Under the pieces are notes generated by a model. The model worked only from the letters and a program-made list of their open reading frames with translations. It had not been told where the DNA came from and did no database searches. DNA of 64,000 bases from Escherichia coli. GTDB taxonomy: Bacteria; Pseudomonadota; Gammaproteobacteria; Enterobacterales; Enterobacteriaceae. Of this stretch, positions 56,324 to 64,000 are shown piece by piece (position 1 is the stretch's first letter; the number at the start of each line of letters is the position of its first letter). A program made the translations under genes and the position numbers. The stretch is from the NCBI RefSeq assembly GCF_016026235.1, contig NZ_CP065613.1. One strand, written 5' to 3'.

Positions 56324-56705
56324 ATGTGCAAATTTGTTGCCATAACGCGGCGCGTGCCGTTGGGTTTGCCCGTAATTCGGTGAGCGCCGGTGATGCCACC
56401 TGAGCGCCTTCCAGTGATAGCGGTTCGTCAGTACCCAACCGCCAGCTGTTGCAGCGACTGCCTTGCGGCAGCATCGCGATTTTTTCTGGCGTCAGTTGCA
56501 GCACTTGATCGGGGCTGACGGTTAATGCGCGCAGAACATCGCTCACTAAAGGATCGGTCAGGGCGGGAAGATCGTTTGCCACCATCACCAGACGGACGTG
56601 TGCCGGGATCGCAATGGCAATCTCCCCCTGCAACGCGCCAGGGCGACGCAGCGACCACTGGGTAATGCCCAGTTGCTGTAACTGCCAGTCTCGTCGGGAT
56701 GTCAT
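56292..56705 (-). CDS. holD: DNA polymerase III psi subunit
   Basis: MTSRRDWQLQQLGITQWSLRRPGALQGEIAIAIP...; 137 aa; overlaps the rimI start. Confidence 0.95.
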   Translation of the reverse strand: MTSRRDWQLQQLGITQWSLRRPGALQGEIAIAIPAHVRLVMVANDLPALTDPLVSDVLRALTVSPDQVLQLTPEKIAMLPQGSRCNSWRLGTDEPLSLEGAQVASPALTELRANPTARAALWQQICTYEHDFFPRND

Positions 56706-56807
56706 AGCGAATCGCTCCTGTTGTCAGGGGCGCAAATATAGCAAATTCGTCGATACCGCGCCAACATATGGCTATAATCGCCGCCAGTATCAATTGAGGA
56801 GCATTCC

Positions 56808-57839
56808 ATGTCTGCATTTACCCCGGCAAGTGAAGTCTTGCTGCGTCACAGTGATGATTTCGAACAAAGCCGTATTCTGTTTGCCGGAGACTTACAGGAT
56901 GACCTGCCCGCGCGTTTAGATACCGCGGCCAGCCGTGCTCATACCCAGCAATTCCACCACTGGCAGGTATTAAGCCGCCAGATGGGGGATAACGCCCGTT
57001 TCAGTCTGGTCGCCACGGCGGATGACGTCGCAGATTGCGATACGCTGATTTACTACTGGCCGAAGAACAAACCGGAAGCCCAGTTCCAGTTGATGAATTT
57101 ACTTTCTCTGCTGCCAGTGGGGACAGATATTTTTGTCGTTGGCGAGAACCGCAGCGGCGTGCGCAGCGCCGAGCAGATGCTGGCAGATTATGCGCCGTTG
57201 AATAAAGTCGACAGCGCTCGTCGCTGTGGCCTCTATTTTGGTCGTCTGGAAAAACAGCCGGTATTTGATGCGGATAAATTCTGGGGCGAATACAGCGTCG
57301 ATGGCCTGACGGTCAAAACGCTGCCTGGCGTGTTTAGCCGCGACGGTCTGGATGTCGGTAGCCAGTTGCTGCTCTCGACGTTAACCCCGCACACGAAAGG
57401 TAAAGTGCTGGATGTCGGCTGTGGCGCGGGTGTGCTTTCAGTTGCCTTTGCGCGCCATTCGCCGAAAATTCGTCTCACCTTGTGCGATGTCTCTGCGCCA
57501 GCGGTAGAAGCCAGCCGCGCAACACTTGCGGCCAACGGTGTTGAAGGTGAAGTCTTTGCCAGCAACGTCTTTTCCGAGGTGAAAGGTCGTTTTGATATGA
57601 TCATCTCCAACCCGCCGTTCCACGATGGGATGCAAACCAGCCTGGATGCGGCGCAAACGCTGATTCGCGGCGCGGTGCGTCATCTTAATAGTGGCGGCGA
57701 GCTGCGAATTGTAGCGAACGCCTTCCTGCCTTATCCGGACGTGCTGGATGAGACATTTGGCTTCCATGAAGTGATTGCGCAAACCGGGCGTTTCAAGGTA
57801 TATCACGCCATTATGACCCGCCAGGCGAAAAAAGGTTAA
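56808..57839 (+). CDS. rsmC: 16S rRNA (guanine1207-N2)-methyltransferase RsmC
   Basis: 343 aa with SAM-binding [11 protein letters not shown] and NPPFH motifs. Confidence 0.95.
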   Translation: MSAFTPASEVLLRHSDDFEQSRILFAGDLQDDLPARLDTAASRAHTQQFHHWQVLSRQMGDNARFSLVATADDVADCDTLIYYWPKNKPEAQFQLMNLLSLLPVGTDIFVVGENRSGVRSAEQMLADYAPLNKVDSARRCGLYFGRLEKQPVFDADKFWGEYSVDGLTVKTLPGVFSRDGLDVGSQLLLSTLTPHTKGKVLDVGCGAGVLSVAFARHSPKIRLTLCDVSAPAVEASRATLAANGVEGEVFASNVFSEVKGRFDMIISNPPFHDGMQTSLDAAQTLIRGAVRHLNSGGELRIVANAFLPYPDVLDETFGFHEVIAQTGRFKVYHAIMTRQAKKG

Positions 57840-57849
57840 GTATCCCGCC

Positions 57850-57960
57850 GCAAGCCTTGCCGGATGCGGCGTAAACGCCTTATCCGACCTACAAAACCTG
57901 CATGTTAGCCCTTCGTAGGCCAGATAAGACGCGCCAGCGTCGCATCTGGCATCTGCCCCC
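57850..57960. repeat. REP/BIME cluster
   Basis: TGCCGGATGCGGCGTAAACGCCTTATCCGACCTACA and GTAGGCCAGATAAGACGCGCCAGCGTCGCATC. Confidence 0.7.
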
Positions 57961-58037
57961 GCATGCCTACCAAACCTGCACGCTAGTTTCCTGATGGACA
58001 TTTTTCCAGCAATTACACCTCCGGCGATAATTAACTA

Positions 58038-58065
58038 TTGACGAAAAGCTGAAAACCACTAGAAT
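58038..58065 (+). promoter_or_regulatory. Promoter of the tRNA-Leu operon
   Basis: TTGACG, 16-bp spacer, TAGAAT, about 40 bp upstream of the first tRNA. Confidence 0.6.
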
Positions 58066-58106
58066 GCGCCTCCGTGGTAGCAATTCTTTTTAAGAATTGA
58101 TGGTAT

Positions 58107-58193
58107 GCGAAGGTGGCGGAATTGGTAGACGCGCTAGCTTCAGGTGTTAGTGTCCTTACGGACGTGGGGGTTCAAGTCCCCCCCCTCGCACCA
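58107..58193 (+). tRNA. tRNA-Leu (anticodon CAG)
   Basis: 87-nt GCGAAGGTGGCGGAATTGGTAGACGCGCTAGCTTCAGGTG...TCGCACCA with CAG anticodon loop and encoded CCA. Confidence 0.93.
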
Positions 58194-58227
58194 AACGAGG
58201 CGATATCAAAAAAAGTAAGATGACTGT

Positions 58228-58314
58228 GCGAAGGTGGCGGAATTGGTAGACGCGCTAGCTTCAGGTGTTAGTGTCCTTACGGACGTGGGGGTTCAAGTCC
58301 CCCCCCTCGCACCA
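58228..58314 (+). tRNA. tRNA-Leu (anticodon CAG), second tandem copy
   Basis: Identical 87-nt sequence, 34-bp spacer after the first copy. Confidence 0.93.
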
Positions 58315-58352
58315 ATTATCTTTACTTCCTTTCTTGTTTCTTCCTTGATTTT

Positions 58353-58589
58353 TCATCCCTGATTCAAATTCATTATCATCAGCATGATGGCAGCAATAAG
58401 CGCTAGGCACGATGGTAGCAAAACGTAATGCCGTAACTGTTTGTGATACAGCATCACCGGCGTCAATACTAATCCCATCAGAATGACAATCCGCCACTGA
58501 TCCGGCGATAAATCCGCATACATCAGCCCTGCAATCAGCAATCCCGGCAGCAACACTCCCCAGCCACTGCCCAGCGTACGTTGCAACAT
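58353..58589 (-). CDS. yjjZ: Small membrane protein YjjZ
   Basis: MLQRTLGSGWGVLLPGLLIAGLMYADLSPDQWRIV...; 78 aa; the ORF-track start at 58700 is an upstream extension. Confidence 0.8.
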   Translation of the reverse strand: MLQRTLGSGWGVLLPGLLIAGLMYADLSPDQWRIVILMGLVLTPVMLYHKQLRHYVLLPSCLALIAAIMLMIMNLNQG

Positions 58590-58630
58590 GGTTTCATCTC
58601 TTTCATTGATAATGATAACCAATATCATAT

Positions 58631-58714
58631 GATAATTTTTATCATTTGCAAGCCAGAGAAATCCCTTGCTATCGGGTAAACCTATCGCTAGGATTAGCAA
58701 TCATTATCATTTAG
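58631..58714. promoter_or_regulatory. Fur boxes in the divergent yjjZ/fhuF control region
   Basis: GATAATTTTTATCATT (58631-58646) and GCAATCATTATCATTTAG (58697-58714), resembling the GATAATGATAATCATTATC consensus. Confidence 0.55.
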
Positions 58715-58729
58715 ATTGCTATCCCGATT

Positions 58730-59518
58730 ATGGCCTATCGTTCCGCACCGCTCTATGAAGATGTTATCTGGCGAACGCATCTCCAGCCGCAGGATCCCAC
58801 GCTTGCGCAAGCCGTGCGGGCGACGATCGCAAAACATCGTGAACATTTGCTGGAGTTTATCCGCCTGGATGAACCTGCCCCACTTAACGCCATGACGCTG
58901 GCGCAATGGTCATCACCGAATGTGCTAAGTTCTCTGCTGGCGGTCTATTCCGATCATATCTATCGCAACCAACCGATGATGATCCGCGAGAACAAACCGC
59001 TGATCTCACTGTGGGCACAATGGTATATCGGCCTGATGGTGCCACCATTAATGCTGGCGCTACTGACGCAGGAAAAGGCATTAGATGTGTCGCCGGAACA
59101 TTTCCATGCTGAGTTTCACGAAACCGGCCGTGCCGCCTGTTTCTGGGTCGATGTGTGTGAAGATAAAAACGCAACACCACATTCGCCGCAGCAGCGAATG
59201 GAAAGGTTAATCAGCCAGGCGCTGGTTCCGGTTGTGCAGGCACTAGAAGCGACCGGAGAGATCAACGGCAAACTTATCTGGAGTAATACCGGTTATTTGA
59301 TCAACTGGTATCTTACTGAGATGAAGCAACTGCTCGGCGAGGCGACGGTTGAATCGCTGCGCCATGCCCTCTTTTTTGAGAAAACGCTCACGAACGGTGA
59401 AGATAATCCACTCTGGCGTACCGTGGTACTGCGCGATGGCCTGCTGGTGCGCCGCACTTGCTGCCAGCGTTATCGCTTACCGGATGTGCAGCAATGTGGC
59501 GATTGTACGCTGAAATGA
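58730..59518 (+). CDS. fhuF: Ferric-siderophore reductase FhuF (C-terminal 2Fe-2S cluster)
   Basis: 262 aa ending in the C-C-x10-C-x2-C motif (RRTCCQRYRLPDVQQCGDC). Confidence 0.93.
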   Translation: MAYRSAPLYEDVIWRTHLQPQDPTLAQAVRATIAKHREHLLEFIRLDEPAPLNAMTLAQWSSPNVLSSLLAVYSDHIYRNQPMMIRENKPLISLWAQWYIGLMVPPLMLALLTQEKALDVSPEHFHAEFHETGRAACFWVDVCEDKNATPHSPQQRMERLISQALVPVVQALEATGEINGKLIWSNTGYLINWYLTEMKQLLGEATVESLRHALFFEKTLTNGEDNPLWRTVVLRDGLLVRRTCCQRYRLPDVQQCGDCTLK

Positions 59519-59555
59519 AAGCACTGCCGGGGAAGTAAACCCGGCATCATGCGGA

Positions 59556-60233
59556 TTAATAGGGATGCAACACATTACTTGTTTCGCAATGCCGCATACA
59601 TAACAGAATATCTGCGGCCTCCAACAACCCTGCATCAGAACTGACGCCCAGTTTCGACATCACATTAAATTTATGTGCACGGATCGTTTTGATATTGCGT
59701 TTAAGCTGCTCGGCAATTTGTGTCATTGAGTAGCCACGCGACATAAAGCGCAATATTTCTCTCTCCGTCGGGCTTAACGTCCGGCTTTGGTTAATGTACC
59801 ACTGATTGTTCAGTCGGTCGGTCGCCTGACGTACACCATTTAATGACAAAAAGAGTTCCTGATGAAAAATCTCCAGCGTTGACGCTTTACTTAATACACC
59901 GTCCAGCGGTGATGGCGACAATGAACCAATCAGCCGAGCTTCAATATCATCATCCGCAATAACTAAACGCTGGGTACGCGGAAACTTAATCGCCAGTTCA
60001 GTCAGGCAAGATAATCCCTCTCTGCGCTCACTTCTCATGGCAGAAAAAGAAAAAATGACCGCCGCAAACGAGATCCGCGACATGGCATCCTGAAATGACT
60101 CCTGACTGGTATAGGTATGGAGCTTGTAAGGGTTACCCGCAAACTTTCTGAATAAACTCTCAATACCGATACTGCTCATGACGCATTTTTCTATGAGTGC
60201 GACATTTCTCTTCTTAATTCGGCTGTGTTCCAT
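59556..60233 (-). CDS. bglJ: LuxR-family regulator BglJ
   Basis: 225 aa with C-terminal LuxR HTH ([36 protein letters not shown]). Confidence 0.9.
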   Translation of the reverse strand: MEHSRIKKRNVALIEKCVMSSIGIESLFRKFAGNPYKLHTYTSQESFQDAMSRISFAAVIFSFSAMRSERREGLSCLTELAIKFPRTQRLVIADDDIEARLIGSLSPSPLDGVLSKASTLEIFHQELFLSLNGVRQATDRLNNQWYINQSRTLSPTEREILRFMSRGYSMTQIAEQLKRNIKTIRAHKFNVMSKLGVSSDAGLLEAADILLCMRHCETSNVLHPY

Positions 60234-60916
60234 TCTGCGGCATCTCCATAAACAGAAGGCAAGTTAAGTTCTCTTGCACCCTGCGCGCTATTTATCCATG
60301 CATACATTTCAGCGTTGCTGTGAATTGCCAGTCGACGCATCGCACTGTTTTTTTGGGCGCTGATAGTTTTATTACTTTTCTTAAGCAACGAAGCTATCTG
60401 GTTGATGCCCCATCCTTTACCTAATAGCCGCAGTACCTTGCGCTCTGAAAGAGTGAGAATGACGGAGCGATAGCTAAAATCATGAGTTTCAGTCATTGCC
60501 GGAGAGGTCAGCATGGCGCTGATACGCTCTGCGTGCGTATTGCCGGAACGTACGGTCTTGACCAGATTCTCAATGGGTTCAACATCAGACAATAACGTCG
60601 CCGTAGGGCACATGAGCAATTCTACTGCCTGGGAATACCAGGAGCGTGACACCATGAAAACCCAGTGAATTTCCCGATATTGTGAGATTAAAGAATAATA
60701 ATGTTCACAAACAGAACGTGGATCTTCACTTTCACCGGCTAAATCAGCAATGACTAATCCGGAACGACGTAATTGTAATAAGGTAAGGTCCTCCGCAGAG
60801 GCGCTGGATATTATTTCATATTCAGGGAAGTGAGTCCTCATGACCTCTTTTAACCCTGCTTGCATAACAGGTATTTTACTGATAAAAATTCCATTTTTGC
60901 AGCATCCTGGCAACAT
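60191..60916 (-). CDS. yjjQ: LuxR-family regulator YjjQ
   Basis: 241 aa with C-terminal LuxR HTH ([34 protein letters not shown]); overlaps the bglJ start. Confidence 0.9.
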   Translation of the reverse strand: MLPGCCKNGIFISKIPVMQAGLKEVMRTHFPEYEIISSASAEDLTLLQLRRSGLVIADLAGESEDPRSVCEHYYSLISQYREIHWVFMVSRSWYSQAVELLMCPTATLLSDVEPIENLVKTVRSGNTHAERISAMLTSPAMTETHDFSYRSVILTLSERKVLRLLGKGWGINQIASLLKKSNKTISAQKNSAMRRLAIHSNAEMYAWINSAQGARELNLPSVYGDAAEWNTAELRREMSHS

Positions 60917-61534
60917 ATTTCCTCCACATCCACTGTCTAAAAATCATGATGGTTTATTCAGGATATTCATTCCTTAAATGTTTCCAGCAAATTAATAGAT
61001 TAAGCGAATAAATTATCCTTAGCATTCACTTTCATATCAGCATACTCCTGCTGCACAACAACTCCACTGCGTGTGTCAGAAGGTTAGCATCAAATGATAA
61101 CCTGGTGAAATAGCCTGGAGACATTTAAAATATCTACATTAAGTTGTTAGGAATACTTAATGAAAAACAGAAATCACATTCATTTAATTTATAATTAAAT
61201 GATATCCCTTCCCGCAGAATGAAAAATCACACAACCAATATTTATTCAATGAAATCTGATGGTTTTAACTTGTTAACATTAAAAAACGTGCCCGGTTATC
61301 TATTATCCTGATTCGTAAAGGCCAAACAATAAATTCATTATAGTGATAATATTCATGTGATAGTTTGTTTGCGGCGAGAGATAATTCGCTTTTTATCACC
61401 GAGCTTGTCCCGATAACCAGGATTAATCAGCGCAATTTTGATCTTAACCTACCGCAAAACAACCGTGCTTCATGATACAAATGGATTCTCATTATCTGAA
61501 CAATACGCAGCACGTCTATGACAAAGGGCGAGTT

Positions 61535-62769
<1,235 letters not shown>

Positions 62770-62876
62770 AATTGCCTCGCTTAAAGCACACGGATGAGAG
62801 ACAGCCTCCTCTCCTCCGTGTGTTACTATAAAAGTTATCTCCCTTCTCGTTCATCGTTCCATATTTGAGAAACAGT

Positions 62877-63416
62877 ATGTCTTCCAGAGTTTTGACCCCG
62901 GACGTCGTTGGTATTGACGCCCTGGTACACGATCACCAAACCGTTCTGGCAAAAGCTGAAGGCGGTGTGGTTGCCGTATTTGCTAACAATGCCCCGGCGT
63001 TTTATGCCGTCACGCCTGCACGCCTGGCTGAACTGCTGGCGCTGGAAGAAAAGCTGGCGCGTCCGGGAAGCGATGTCGCTCTGGACGATCAACTCTATCA
63101 GGAACCGCAAGCCGCTCCCGTTGCTGTACCCATGGGGAAATTCGCCATGTATCCGGACTGGCAACCCGATGCCGATTTTATCCGCCTGGCGGCGCTATGG
63201 GGTGTGGCACTAAGAGAGCCGGTGACCACCGAAGAACTGGCCTCATTCATTGCCTACTGGCAGGCGGAAGGTAAAGTCTTTCACCATGTGCAGTGGCAAC
63301 AAAAACTGGCGCGCAGCCTGCAAATCGGTCGTGCCAGCAACGGCGGACTGCCGAAACGAGATGTGAATACGGTCAGCGAACCTGACAGTCAAATTCCACC
63401 AGGATTCAGAGGGTAA
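62877..63416 (+). CDS. dnaT: Primosomal protein DnaT
   Basis: [34 protein letters not shown]...; 179 aa. Confidence 0.95.
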
Positions 63417-63418
63417 CG

Positions 63419-64000
63419 ATGAAAAACGTTGGCGACCTGATGCAACGCCTGCAAAAAATGATGCCTGCCCATATCAAACCTGCATTCAAAACGGGTGAAG
63501 AACTACTGGCCTGGCAGAAAGAACAAGGAGCGATCCGCTCCGCCGCTCTCGAACGTGAAAATCGGGCGATGAAAATGCAGCGCACCTTTAACCGCTCCGG
63601 TATTCGGCCACTGCATCAGAACTGCTCCTTTGAGAACTATCGCGTTGAGTGTGAAGGGCAGATGAATGCGTTAAGCAAAGCGCGCCAGTACGTCGAAGAG
63701 TTTGACGGCAACATCGCCAGCTTCATCTTTTCTGGTAAGCCAGGAACCGGCAAAAACCATCTGGCGGCGGCAATCTGCAACGAGCTGCTGCTACGCGGTA
63801 AATCCGTATTGATCATCACCGTGGCCGATATTATGTCGGCGATGAAAGATACCTTCAGGAATAGCGGTACCAGTGAAGAACAACTGCTTAACGATCTGAG
63901 CAACGTTGATCTGCTGGTGATCGATGAGATCGGCGTGCAGACCGAATCGAAATACGAAAAAGTGATCATCAACCAGATCGTCGATCGCCGCTCTTCTTCC
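63419..64000 (+). CDS. dnaC: DNA replication helicase loader DnaC (5' part; runs off the window)
   Basis: MKNVGDLMQRLQKMMPAHIKPAFKTGEELLAWQKEQGAIRSAALERENRAMK... with Walker A GKPGTGKNHLAAAI. Confidence 0.95.
   Translation, partial: MKNVGDLMQRLQKMMPAHIKPAFKTGEELLAWQKEQGAIRSAALERENRAMKMQRTFNRSGIRPLHQNCSFENYRVECEGQMNALSKARQYVEEFDGNIASFIFSGKPGTGKNHLAAAICNELLLRGKSVLIITVADIMSAMKDTFRNSGTSEEQLLNDLSNVDLLVIDEIGVQTESKYEKVIINQIVDRRSSS

Overview
This window is an Escherichia coli/Shigella-type chromosomal segment that is collinear with the K-12 map in reverse orientation; gene identities are from recall of K-12 proteins and reading of the ORF track, with no database search. From about 6.2 kb to 64 kb it is core genome: hokC/mokC, dnaJ-dnaK, yaaI, yaaW, satP, mog, talB, yaaJ, yaaA, yaaX, thrCBA-thrL, then (across the conventional K-12 coordinate origin at about 23098) lasT, yjjY, arcA, creDCBA, rob, gpmB, yjjX, trpR, slt, ettA, nadR, radA, serB, ytjB, lplA, deoDBAC, yjjI, yjjW, yjjV, yjjU, ytjA, osmY, prfC, yjjG, rimI, holD, rsmC, two tRNA-Leu(CAG), yjjZ, fhuF, bglJ, yjjQ, yjjPB, dnaT and the start of dnaC. 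Accessory content is confined to two places. (1) The first 6 kb, where K-12 would have nhaA/nhaR next to hokC, instead carries an IS110-family remnant, a LacI-type regulator divergent from a three-gene ascorbate-family PTS transporter (IIA-IIB-IIC), and an intact IS110-family element with a structured noncoding tail. (2) An IS10-like (IS4-family) element occurs twice: once 23 bp downstream of hokC, where K-12 carries IS186, and once in the deoD terminator, where it is itself disrupted by IS1 and where yjjJ is missing. I found no CRISPR array, defence island or prophage. The most interesting items are the candidate guide RNA of the IS110-family element, the hairpin-loop targeting by the IS10-like element, and the orphan PTS cassette; none is demonstrably a new biological system on sequence alone.
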